Positions 1-12,849 of a DNA stretch of 64,000 nt are shown one piece after another. The stretch's first letter is position 1. Each line of letters starts with the position of its first letter. This stretch comes from Takakia lepidozioides. Taxonomy: Eukaryota; Plantae; Bryophyta. The stretch is taken from the NCBI GenBank assembly GCA_030704615.1, contig CM060731.1, forward strand, positions 17,980,001 to 18,044,000. The letters are read 5' to 3'. Under the pieces are notes generated by a model. It saw nothing but the letters and a program-made list of their open reading frames with translations. It had not been told where the DNA came from and searched no databases. The translations under genes were made by a program, and so were the position numbers.

Positions 1-720
1 TAGAGAAGTATGGTTTACAATCTGTCTCAAAGTTGCCTACATTGTTCTGTTCTGTCATTTTTCTGAGTTGGGCACCACACATACAACTTATTAATCATAT
101 CTGCCAGAATAGATACTATTGCCCTACAAAGCTTGGATCCTAAGGCAATGATGATTGCATTCTTTTACTAGAGAGATGGTGCTGTGTGCGAGTGGAAGTG
201 GGAGGGAAGCATAGGTACTTAAGATGTAAACATAATTGTATAAAAGGAAGGTTGACTCTTGCTAAAACTCTTGTCAGGTTCCATGGGCACTCCCCCTAGC
301 CCCCAAGTGAATCACCCCAATTTCAAACCAACCACATTGATTGCTATAGAATACTTTCAAAGAGTGTCCCCATGAGTTGCCCCTTCCGACAGTGGCGAAC
401 TAAGGAAGGACGATAACAAGGGTGGCATGATTTAAGGAGAGCTTTGTATGTGACTCCACACTTGGGCCAGGATATGCATTCTCATTCAATTTCTGTTGGC
501 CTCTTGTGGTTCTCAACTTTGAATAGTCTCGAGTTATTGATTTTATCGCTGGCTTCAATCACCTCTTTTGCAAACCTCTCTTGCAAATACACTACACAGA
601 ATAGAGGTCGCTTGCCGGCAAAGCAACCTAGGGATAATTATGGTATAACTTAATAAATTTAAGACAAGGATCGGCCCTGCTTCACACTATACACTAGGTC
701 GATGCTTTACATACAATGTG

Positions 721-3700
721 CTATTGTCTTTGTGCTAATCCTACCATCCCCCCTCCTCTGCTACCGTTGGTCTGCAATATTTGTAAATTTGTTTTGAAAG
801 GAGCCCTAGTGGGTGGACTCCTGAGGTGCTTGGATATTTCCAGGGGGCTGGGCTGAGAGCACAGGCAATCTGGGAGTGGGTTGGTATAAAAAGCCTCCTC
901 GGTGCGTAACCGGTCCCGTCCTTTAGTCCCTTTCATTGGGCCCTTCCGTTTTCGGGGTGCTCCTTGCCTGAGTACCACAGTAAGAAGTGTATACACCCTC
1001 ACACAGTTAGAAATCCTTCACTAGTGATAGTGTTCCCTACTTCAGACCTTCACTGATCTCATGAGCTCCTCCGTGAGTAGCAAGAACTCGGATGCATGCA
1101 TTTGTAGGTGGCCCAAGGAAGTTACCGCACCCTCATTGTTATTTTTAATAGACAAGGCCAAGACCCCAGCACTTCATTTGAAACCATTTCACAGAAAAGG
1201 CAAAGCCAAGAAAAATCCACCCATATTAACTCGTGGTTGCAATACTAATCCAACCAAGCCAGCATGAAGAAGTTGGCGGGCAGATTCACTGAAATCTCCA
1301 AAGAAATAGTATCCAAAGAAAGCAGTGATCCACTGGGAAACACCATTGAGGAGGGAAGGATATTTTAGATTTTAGATTTTGGACTTACCGCCACTGGTGA
1401 ATCTCAGTAATCGACTCTGCAACTTGCCAGCCTTCCTGAAGCTCTCCTCTATCCAGCATGTCAAATAGGGTTACAAGCTCTTTCCTGCCACCATTAAGAG
1501 CCCAAGAAAGTCAATTGTAGGGTACTTCTAGCCAGTGAGGCATGGTAACAGCTATACATGAAGGGGGAGACTGGTCCAAAGATCCCTACCTATCGGGACT
1601 TATTGTTTTCCGGTGTCCAAAGTACCGGCGATGACCCTCCACAGCATGGGCCATGTTCCCTGAGTAGGAAGGTACAAACACGTCACTTTCCACAGAGACA
1701 ATATAGTCCAGGGCTGCCATTTGGGAAGCATGCTTGGCAAATGGTTCCAGTTCCTCGAAAGTTGCTATAGTTTCCTGTGGAACATTATGCCACATGTTAG
1801 AAAAGTACCAGATACATGCAAAGTTGGCAATACAGACACATTCATGGCTACAACAATCGGCTATATCACTTCACATGAGACGTAGCATTGGTGCATGAGT
1901 CCTCTGACCCCCCTAGTCCTATCAGCAAATGGTGCAGACCCTCAGATGTGAGATCAAGAGCGGAACACCCTGTCTCTACCACCTACATTGTATGTTTTAA
2001 TGGATCACATAAGTAGCTTGAAGAGTTGACGATTACACACCCAAATTAGAAATGCTCCTCATTCTACAGGTATGCCACTTCCATGCACCTAACTCAGGAA
2101 ATTTGGGAGAACTAAGTTGAGATTTGTGACAAGCAGGCTTAAATGCAGTTTCAAAATCGAAGGTACCTTACTCATCACATTTGGGAAGCGAGAAAGGAGG
2201 CCAGCCATCCGTTCGTTGCCACCATAAATCTCACCAGCAGCAACATAAATCCTAGTGCTCTCTGGATAGCCCAAAGCTCTCAAAAAGATCCCAACCTCTG
2301 CTGGAGTGAGGGGACAGAAGCCCCTAATTCTCTGATCAGTAGAATTGATCTTCTTGACCTTCCAATGAGCTGTATTCATCCTGTGAAACCATAGAAAGCA
2401 TATCAGCCAGAACTGTAAACTGGTACTCCCGAAAAGAAAGCAAAGCTATTCGCTTGACAGCAGACTTAGACTCCAAGGCAAGCACAATATTCAAACGTAG
2501 AAATTATCAAACACAGGCACAAAGCCACACATGAGGAAAACTGCACCTGATTTTGGCGAGCTCATCAGCTTCAACTTGAGTCAGACCATATGTGCAACCA
2601 CTGAAGGCCAGCATATCCTTCTCATATCGTAGATGCAATGCGATATATGGTCCATCTGACCTCATCTTTTCTACAAGCTTCTGCTCACAGCCACAGTTGG
2701 CTTGTCAGGGATTCTGCACTTCTGCTCACCAATGTGCAAAAACCAACAATGTCCTGGTTGAACCTAGGGGAAGCCTTCAACAGACATTCAATTATATTGG
2801 AGAGGATCCCTCAATGGAGACACTCTCCATATTCTGGAGGATGGAAATGCAGTAAACGCGGCACAACACCAAAAAAAAAAGGTTGAATTCTATCGAGTGT
2901 AAATTATGGTATCACTGCAAATTATGGCTACTACTTTCCATTTGGAAAGTGGACACCTTCTACACGCCATAACCTGGGCAACAGGGTTGCCCAAACCTCC
3001 CCCAAGACTCGAAAGTCCCCAGGTATCAACAGATTAGGTGACTAGTTGAACCAATGACCCCCTTTTAAAGTTGGGTTGGCTGGCTATAATGGGTGACATC
3101 CAACATACTTGTGTGGCTTAACCACTGGCTTAAGCACAGCACATATGCGTGCAATGCTTTCAATGAGTGTTCATCTGTAAACCATGGACCGAGATCAGAG
3201 CACTGCCCTGCTGCAGATCAAATTTGAACAATATTTTGCAGAGCTGTTTGGACAGGTTGAAGTACAATACATGCAAACAAATGTACATGCCTTATGTCGC
3301 TACTATGACAATAAAGTGCAATGCAGCTCACTTGCCATGCACATAGAACTACTTGAACTAAAGTCCAGCATCTGAAGCAATTGATATCATCAGGATAGTT
3401 ACCTTCCCAAAGGCTTCAATTTGAGGTGCAAATCGAAGAGCATCATAGTGCACTCGACAGCGAAGCTTTTGAATATCTGAAGGCATATGATTATTTGCAA
3501 GCCGGGAATCTGATTTTGCAGCTCGGATAACCTGCACATCCGGTCCCATTTGTTGTGAGCTTCACTCTAACAATTGGACTAAGAAATGTTCTCCAGCTGA
3601 AGCCTCAAAGGAACGTTGTTTATAGTTTGTCTCTAGATAGATCTGGAGGCAAGAGACCGGATCATGAGAATCCCGGAAAAATGCAGATTGTACTTGGAAG

Positions 3701-6700
3701 TGTCAGGGCCAAAGGTTTTCTTTCAAGAGCAGCACAGACACATGCACCTGCAACTAAACATAATTTGCTTAAAGAACTGGTTTTGACAGCATATCTATAA
3801 CCCAGTGCCTTGAAAGATTTGATGCATAAGCACATCCCATGAAGTACTTCTTTGAAGCGTGTCAGCTATTCCATGAGTTCACCAGTGAATCGTGAGAGAA
3901 GCCCAAACAAAGCCACGGCAGTGACCAACACATACGGGGTTGAGTGAAGGAGAAAAGAAATACCCAAGTTTCTTAGTAGAGAGAAACAAAGAAGAGGGCA
4001 AAGGAGGGGAGGGAGTAGAGAGACCTTGTGATCTTGCCAGAGACGCGCAATTTCGTCCTCATAATATTTTACACGGGACCAGCTCCGAAACTGCCTGATG
4101 GCTTTGGGTGCAGAGACAAGGTTCTTAGGAAGCCTCTTCACCACATGTACATCCCCTTTTAATGCCTTTATGAAGTAGTCTACGTCGAAAATATCTGAAA
4201 AATTGCTGAACAGTAAAATGAGTAGTTTAGGACAATTATGCCAGCAACATAGTCAAATGATCAATCTGTAGATCTTACTAAGTGGCACCCAATTTTGCAC
4301 ATTGTGCTGGTAACTTTTTATTCATGCAACAACTTATTTCTATAAGAGTGCATGTGCTAGATGCTGGAAGGCAACCATTGCACACTCGCAGCAGAAAGTA
4401 AAGTTTGTCGAATAGAAGAGAAGCACAGAAACCTTGTACTAACGTAAGGTCAGAACAGTTCGAGGAATCACATTGTCATTGCATGGACAAACAGTAGAAA
4501 ACGTGGATCACCTAGAATCCTGCCAAAAAGATCGTTTATCCAGTTCTGGAACCACCAGGGTAGCATTTAATATGCGTGCCACTGCCACCATGTCACAAAT
4601 CTGCAAGTTTGATCAAAGGGTTAGCAGAACAGACCTAAAGATACATGCACAAGAGTTACTAACCTACTGTACTTGCCCCTGGTACAGATTTGTCAACAGA
4701 CTAGTCAGACCACTTATCAAACACAGCCTTCTGTTCCTTTGGGAATGCAAGCATGCAAGAGGCAAAAGACAAATACTTGGTACGACAACAGCTCGATGCA
4801 AGTAGTACATACAATGAGGGCCATACTCAGTAATACTGTGCTAAAAGGCTGGGAAGTCTTACCCCTGCTCGCATCTGATTGAGGCCTCCATTACTCTGTA
4901 CCAGAAGATAACCTCTAGTCTTGACTGGACCTGCTTCGTCATTTACCAGAATCCAAAAAGGGGTTGTCAGGCACATCCAGACAATTTGCAGCACTGCTAC
5001 TCAGATGAAAAGAGCTGACACTTTACATCCATGTCCAAAGCTTGCAAGACCATAACAAACCGTTATACCATCATGCCCAAAGACTAAGTGCCACAACAAA
5101 GTCATCAGTGGAAAAGGATACTGTAGCTCAAAAAGGGGTAAGAGACTAACCACGGTATGCAGGGCTTGCCTCAACACATGGAACAAAACCTCTATTTGGG
5201 GGAGGACTCCAAAGCTGCTTTCATCCCACAAGTAATTTCAGGTCTTACAGCAATGGCAGCAGCCTTTGAAACATTAGGCCACAGCTATAAAATTTCGAAG
5301 GTTTAGCTTCAAGCCTCGATTGACAATTTCAGATCAGTGACTACTATGGACAACATATGGTACGTATATCAAAGCTTTAGGTAAAGCACTAGGATAAAAG
5401 TACCCATTGTGGTGCACCACCTATAACCTCAAACATATATATTGCGGTGCACCTATTTAGGGAAACATTGTGCACCGCAAGAGGACTGACTGCACCTCGA
5501 CACCAAGTTAGGCCAATGCTGGATGATAAAGTGGCTCCCTAATATGAGCCAATTTAAGTGCATCATTACTTCTCCAATTCTCCCTCCGAAAAAATGAAAT
5601 TTTCTAAACCAACATCTGTGTCAAAGGGTGAGAGCCTCTCACCTTCTCATCGAGCTCACTATGGTGAATATGTACATCCAGATTCTTGGACCGTGACAAA
5701 TGAGGAGGAACAACCTCTTGCTTCCAACTCAATTCACCAATTCTGCTCTGCATTCCAAGATCACTCTGCCGGAGATTCTGGTAGGGCTTAATCTGAGAAA
5801 TGTCATGAAAGAAACACATACTTCAGTGCCCCCTAGACGCCCATGGACATTGTGAATTATGACAAAATGTGTACACTCTGATATAAAGCTTCATACCGGT
5901 CCAAGGGCCAGTACTCTGACAAAGCAGCCAAAGAGAAGGGAAATGTTCTCAAATGACAAAAGCTTCAAAACTTGTCACATTGGCATCTACTCCTTCACAG
6001 GAGTGACAAACTGTAAACGCTTCCAAACTTGTCCTTATTGCATCATAAGCAACTTGGAAGATGTTGCACAGTGGCAATTTCATTCCTACCAATCCCCTCA
6101 GTGTGGTACAACAGAACCTACCTGAATTCAGGTAAGTGGACTTTCATGCCAAGGTACCTCAATCTTATGAACGGTGAGAATCAAGGTCCAAACAGCATTG
6201 GGTAAGGAACCTCAAATTTATCAAGCAAGCTGTTTTGAAAAATGCAGTGAGGAGTGCCCCTGGTCAGACATGCTGAGAGGTGCACTCTGCAGCATGGCAT
6301 GAGTGAAGTTGGTTCAGCTAGCTCATTTACTTGCACCACTCAATTATTTGCTGTTCAGAATCCATTGTACACAGCTCTATAGTAAAATGTATCCAGCTTC
6401 AACCTCTTACACAGCAGTAAGGAATACTCTGGTTTGATAGTTTGCAAAACAACAAAACAGGGAAAGTCTACTTCTTGGCAACTGTAGGAGTATTCCATCT
6501 TTGGAAGGATGCACTCTTATGTTCCTCTGATCAAATAGCAAGCATAGTATATTCTTGGATGTGTGAATGTCTACATTTGTTCTATGTTCCGGCAGACTTC
6601 TGCCCTGCCAAATGACAGACCACAACAGAGTTATTTCCTTAACTATGTCTAGAGATCCTTCATTGAATGATACAGTCCCTCATAACCTTATTCCCACAAG

Positions 6701-7260
6701 TACAGAGAATCCGAAAAATACCAGATCAACTGCATCACATGTACAGCATTATGATCTCTTCCTTCGAACTTTTCATGTGAAAATAAGACTGGAAAAACTC
6801 TTAAACCCACATTGCCCACTATATCCTCATCCTGAGGATTTCCCTAAATTTCCTACAACTATTCCACCTAGAAATTGAGGGCCGTTACACCGTGAAAGCT
6901 TTCCAATATCACAGGTTTCCTTTAGGGGAATAAGCCTGTGCACAATGTCAGTTACGAGAGTCGTCTTATCCCTCATCACCCCCAGGGAATTCCTTTCACA
7001 GAGACCGCAACCAGAACTTCGTTTCATATTGGCTGCAAGAACATTGAGTTTGGAAGAAGTACCTTTGATAGCAAATAAGGCTGCGGGTATGGATGCCGCT
7101 GGCGCAAGATGTAAAGCAAATCAGGAAAAAGAAATGTAGACAGCAGCGCTGCCAAGCTGACGCTAAGGTAGCCAGAGAACCATAAAAAGCGAACCATGGA
7201 ACCTCGAGATTTTGCTTTGCAGCGCCGAGCCAGCCCTGATGCACTTCCTTGTCGTTGCAT
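721..7260 (-). CDS. O-fucosyltransferase family (DUF246/GT106) glycosyltransferase, 12 coding exons, about 584 aa
   Basis: Exons with GT-AG boundaries and consistent phases: 7063-7260, 5643-5792, 5151-5214, 4863-4930, 4512-4600, 4025-4205, 3403-3531, 2547-2680, 2167-2380, 1590-1774, 1389-1484, 721-967 (1755 nt). Family motifs: [136 protein letters not shown]. The N-terminal hydrophobic segment fits a type II Golgi membrane protein. Confidence 0.93.
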
Positions 7261-8479
7261 GCTGGTCGAAGGATTTTGACTGTTTCGGGTACTTTTACCG
7301 ACCTACGAATCTCTCTAAAGGTGGGTCGGGGAGCTAGAATTAATAGTTCGCATATGTCTATTTCTCCATGTCTTCATCTACCCAACTCCAGGAGCACGTA
7401 GGTACTATTATCTTCGATGGATAGGTAGGTGCCCAATCGTGGATCTGTGGAGGTCCGAACCAAGCTGAAACTTCTCAATCGCCACTAAAGGAAATTCGTG
7501 TGTATGCACTGCAAGTCAAGACTTTACGGAGAGTTTGAGATCCTCAAAATCAGTTGCAGGAACCTGATCGCGCTGACAATTTTTGCGAAGAGGTTCTAGC
7601 GTTGCATAGACTCAAGGCCGTTCGGTTCCACAATTTTTTCCTCGACGTCGTTTCAGACCTTTCGCACTGGATAATTGTCCAAAGTATAGTGACTACCAAG
7701 AGATAGTGAAGAGTCCGTATGACAGCTATCCATTCTGGAGAATACTAATAAATATAGAGATATGATAACCCACATGCAAGAAGTGGCATGGAGATCGGAG
7801 GAATATGGAAAGAACAACGAACTTAGATCATATAACTTACAAATCTATACTTCGAAGAACTCATGTGCTTGTCTAGTATAATGAAGTTCCGCGCTGTGGA
7901 GAAGACGTCGTGACAAATGCACTTGACAAAGGAAGTCCTACGGAAGCAGATGAGGTGGGGCACAAAACCACGTCAGCGAAGTTGATCGCTGGAAATGGAG
8001 AACGAGCAGGAGGTTCGAGCGCAATCTGACACTCAGAGAATGGAGAATCAGAACGAGAATGCGACACACCAAGGGCCCCCTAAAAATCCAAGCCTCACGA
8101 TCGGACGCGTGCAGCGAAAGGCTACAGAATTTTCCCAACCTTACAAGACAGAGACGGTAGAAATATACAAGGAGAAAACTACAGGCGGTTCAAGTCTGCA
8201 ATGCAGCCGAGATTGGAAATAAGCCGTTACATGGCAGTGGGAGAAACGGCTCTTCAAATTCAATCCAGGATCACAGGAGGGAGTTACGAACACAATCCCG
8301 AGTCAAAACAGGAGACTCCCCGCCTCCCCGCCTTCACAGACACCAATAGCTGGCGCTAGATTCCAGCGGAAATGAAACTCTTGCCAACTTGCTTCCACCG
8401 GGAAAGGGGATGCCGGGAAAAATGCCACCACCACAGACATACATACATTCACAGAATGCAATCTCTTCAGAACACTTAC

Positions 8480-8950
8480 ACGTATTCAGCAAAACTAGAC
8501 TCTAGATCCTAGCAACCCCACCAGTTGAATCGAATCTCACTCACTCCCTTCTCTCCCTCTCTCAAACCCATGTAGCTCCTGCACACCCCACCTCCCCAGA
8601 CACACCACATACTCCTCCTTCCTCTCTCCAAAACCCATTCTTGTATCACCGCCATCTCTCCTTGCTCTCGCTCTCTCCCTTCCATGCGCGCTTCCGACAT
8701 GACTACAAACAGCGCGACGCGGGAGCCGAGACGGACCACGACACAGTAGCCGGCATTGCAGGCGCAGTGTAGGGCAACGCCACCAGCCCCGGTGTCGCCC
8801 GCTATTTGGGCGGCTCGCCCGCCCGGGCCCCACCGCGCCCGCCGCGTGTCTGCCGCCTGCCCCCGAAAGGCCTACCCGGTGTTTCGGCCTGCCTTAACGG
8901 CCGCGATTAGCCTCCTAATTTGCAGTTGACCCAGTCGGCCGAGTCTGGTG
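8480..8950 (-). promoter_or_regulatory. Probable 5' UTR/promoter region of the O-fucosyltransferase gene
   Basis: CT/GA-rich tract (8540-8690) followed by a GC-rich island (8745-8910), upstream of the minus-strand start codon. Positional inference only. Confidence 0.35.
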
Positions 8951-11900
8951 CCTAACTAACTTCCGCTTTGCAGTTGACAAACTGACTTCCCATGTAACCT
9001 ACATGCAGGTAATTCTCTTCTGGAAGGATGAATGCCTTGCCCACTGTTGCTACTGAAGTGGACTTTCAGTCGCCTCGGACTACTTACAAGTCTTCGCAAA
9101 ATCTTTGTCAGTTGGCGGAATAACTTAGCAGTGATCATCCGCACCATCGCACTTTGGGTAAGTTGCTGCTTATTACGAAATCGCTCCTGTTACTTGCGGG
9201 TGCTTTTGTTTTCTTTGCGGATCCTTGTGAATTGCATATTTTGTCCAATCCTCGCTAGTTGCTAGGATCCCGAACTGGGCGCTGGCTGTCGTAAGGCTTG
9301 TTTAGCCGCAAAATAGATCAACATTTTGTACATTGGTGCGCCTCCGTCACTTACACACACAATGTTATCGGTGAGGGAGTTTATCCACCGGTCCGATGGC
9401 TGCACAACTTCCATTGAACAACATCAGTACTGCTAATGAATTATTAGTGCTCTCCACACACATTTCATGTGGGTGCAGGGTTTTTTATTTTTATTTTATT
9501 TTGATATTAGGAAAACACCTGGGCGCGGCTGCAACTCAGGAGGGTTGTTTCAGTTAGAGGCAAAGCACAAAGAACCCACCTGCTATAATCTATCATCTAC
9601 AATCTAAAATAACCTATAAGCTATAGACTATAATTGTAATCTATGACAATCTATAGTAATCTATAATCCATAAAAAAAACAATAGGAATAATTAAGAACT
9701 TAATGCATGCGTGTCATCTGACGGTACTTTCGCCAGATTCAGGGATCCGGCTGGCCCTGTCAAATCCTCCCCACCCCCTCGTACCCACGAGTCATTCTTA
9801 AATGCTTTAGAATGCAGAAGTTTGTCAAGCAGTGGTGAGTAGCCTACTAGTAAAAGGGGATGGCAGTGTAGGCAGGAGCTGCGTTTGATTTCCGATATGT
9901 TGCTAGTGTAACCCCGTTCTGGGTTGCTGAAACCCTTGGCAGTGTCACCTTGTGTCTTGTGTAACTCCTCTTAGTCCATCTTGGACTTGTCAAATTTCGA
10001 GGCCGAGTGCGAGTTACATTGAGTGGAGGTACACTCCGCATAAGATGGTGTAACCCCCGGTGGAGTTTACACTCCATCCCATGTAACCCTGCAGTTCCAT
10101 GGTGGGGAAGATTTTGACGTGCCAAGAATCCGCGTCCGTCCTGTCAGAAATTGCACGTGTGAATTAAGTCCTAACATTAATCCTAGTATTCTCCAATTCT
10201 TAATCTGCAATTATAGTAAGCGGACATATATAGACACTATTTCTCATGCAGAATGATACTTTCATCCATGTGCGGCTTGAAAGAGGGAGGTTTTTTGTCA
10301 TCCGTCCATCATCCATGGCACATGGCACGGCAGATGAGCCAACCGTCCGGAAGTAACCGCGACAGGTAAGCCGGGTCCAAAAGCGACCCGGAACAGCTGA
10401 ACGTACCGACACTTGGACGTATAGAGAGGGCGCGTATATACGAAGTAGGTCGATAGGGACGGAGTACAGTACGGAGGGCGGGGCAGGTGATGGCCGGTAA
10501 GTCGCAGCGAGACGTTGACGGAGGAATGAATGTCTGGCGCACGCGCGTCGAGGAGCGAGGAAGGTGACGAGAGGGCTCGCAGATCGATGCTGCGCAGCCG
10601 GGCCTCGTGCAGCGTCGTGAGCACCACCGCGTCCTTCATTCCTCGCCCACGCAGCACGCCCGGCTGCAGAGGGGGGAATAATGAGAGAGAATTTGGGAAT
10701 CCGAGCTTTAATGGTGCCTGGATCACCGCAGGGAAGGGCCGTGCCTGCTAGGCTTTCTTTGATCTCTGATGCGCAGCGCAGAATGACAATTCAAAAGTTC
10801 TGAAGTAATATCAGTCAAGGAGTTACCTACTACTATAAGGAGCCCACCTTTTTTCCTGTACAGAGCCCTGAGTGTAATTAGAACTTCTCAATCTAGAAGG
10901 AGTAGAGTGAGAAGACGTGTGGGGTGAGAGACGAGATCAATTATCGAGATTGTTCTGCGTGAGTCGCTTTGCATGAGGCTATCGATCTGTCACTGATGAG
11001 CACCGCTATACAGATCAGTCCATTCCTCCGACGAAACCTGCCAAATGGAAGAAACCAGCTACCACAGGAATAGCTAGCACCGCTCAGGCTCCTCTGACTC
11101 AACTGTACCAACAGTAAGTTCCTCAGTTGACATGGGTGGTGTGGTTCTCAGCACATACCGCCATTTCCTGGGAGGAAATATAAAATACACAACACAATTG
11201 TCATCCTCCTCTCCTGCACCCCACAGATTCAGTCAATGTATCAAATTTGGCAGGGAACATAGCAACATGAGGTAAGCTAAACATGCGAAACTTTCGAAGC
11301 CACGTCTTCCTCCCTCGTTTGGGGTCCTCGAAGACTGTGTCATTAGCTATGTGCCAGCACGCCATCTTCCAAGGTTGGCCAGTTGCATGATGGTGGTGGT
11401 GGTGGTGTCATGAATGCTCCCTCCTCTACGATCAACCCAAATGCTTCACTAGTCAAGCAAAAACTCTTGTAAGCTTACACAGTCACCTCATTTGGGTCTT
11501 CTACAAAGCTTTACACAGATTGTCATAATGGGTGATCTTCTCTCTCACCGTCTCAGATTCGAATGGATTAGCATACAAGAAATCAGCAGGGTTTCATGAT
11601 TCAGAAGCAACCTCTCAAGTGACCTCCTAATAAGTAACCGTTTACTTAAGTCTTACCTCGGAGGCTCCACTCTCATCCCTCTAATAAAACTAGTACAACA
11701 ATGTACATGGGTCTTAACGTAAGACCGATCTACTCGGGATTAGGTCCATCATAAATGCATTTTACCTCGAAGTAGCCGTTTGCATTAATGTGTTCTCGCC
11801 ATGTACCATAGCCATGCCTCGTACCGTAGCAGCATGATGCCATCATGCATCATGCCCGGGTGGCTTTGGGGTCCGCATGTTGGCATCATGCCCATTCTGT

Positions 11901-12003
11901 ACACTCCTCCTCACTACTATAAATGGAAGTTTGTTTTATAGAAAAAAGGCTGATTCTTGTCGAAAAAAGTGTATATTATGGTGTCGCCATTCCAAAGTAT
12001 CGA

Positions 12004-12083
12004 CCAACAGTCAGTAGCTCAGTTGGATAGAGCACTGAGTGCCACCCACACGATTCTGGGGTCATATCCTGCTACATAGTTGG
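12004..12083 (+). other. Degenerate tRNA-like sequence (tRNA-derived SINE head or tRNA pseudogene)
   Basis: Contains an A-box/D-arm GTAGCTCAGTTGGATAGAGCA and a degenerate B-box GGGTCATATCC. Flanking CCAAC...GTTGG could pair as an acceptor stem. No recognisable anticodon arm. Confidence 0.4.
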
Positions 12084-12849
12084 CTGTTGTATGATTTTCT
12101 CCCCTTTCCCTTGGGAAGTGCCTCAATCGCAAGCCTTCAACACAAGGTTATTATGAAAGAGGTTGTTTTCTCCTCCCACTATAATTAAGGGGCATGATTT
12201 GTGAGCAACCGGATGTTAAATGACAACATCCAAAAATTGGAAGTGACTAGATCGGCTATCGATGAAAATAATCAAATAACCACCACCCAACAGTGGGTAT
12301 TGAGTGACTCAACAGCAGAGTTAAAAATGGCAGGGTTAAATGTGGCCATGGGGCTTGTTGGCCTTTTTTGTAAGAATTTAAAAAGTAACACTTCTATAGT
12401 AAGTTAGCACCATAGTCAAATGTGTGATAGAAATGGATGCATGACCATGGATGGAATGGCATCCCAAAATAGTCAACTAAACATACATAGGTTCATTAGG
12501 GGGCGAAGGGGGATAAATAAATAAGTAAAAAGGCTAAAAATGGGCTTAGCAAGAGGCATGGTAAATGAGAGTATATTAAAAGCAGGTAGTTGTTACATGG
12601 TGTCAGTAAAAATTCAGAGCATTGATTCAATTCACTGTGGTGCCGCTTCAAACTGATCACAATATTATGACTACATGAGGATCTCCCCTCTTGATCTTTG
12701 ACATCCTTCTTATCCCTCTCCCCTGATGATGATACTCCTCCGTTTGAGGATCAAGAGCGGAGAGGGACAAGACAGATTTCAAAGGCACAAGTTTCTGAAG
12801 GCATATCTGCTATGAGTGAGCTTCTCCATTGTTTGTCAACTGTATGTGG

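Noticed and set aside
12004-12083. Functional tRNA gene
   Set aside because: The B-box is degenerate and the anticodon arm does not fold; kept only as a tRNA-like relic.
10820-12190. Helitron 5' ends (C-TACTATAA-like motifs at about 10830, 11915 and 12177)
   Set aside because: No paired hairpin-CTAG 3' ends could be assigned.
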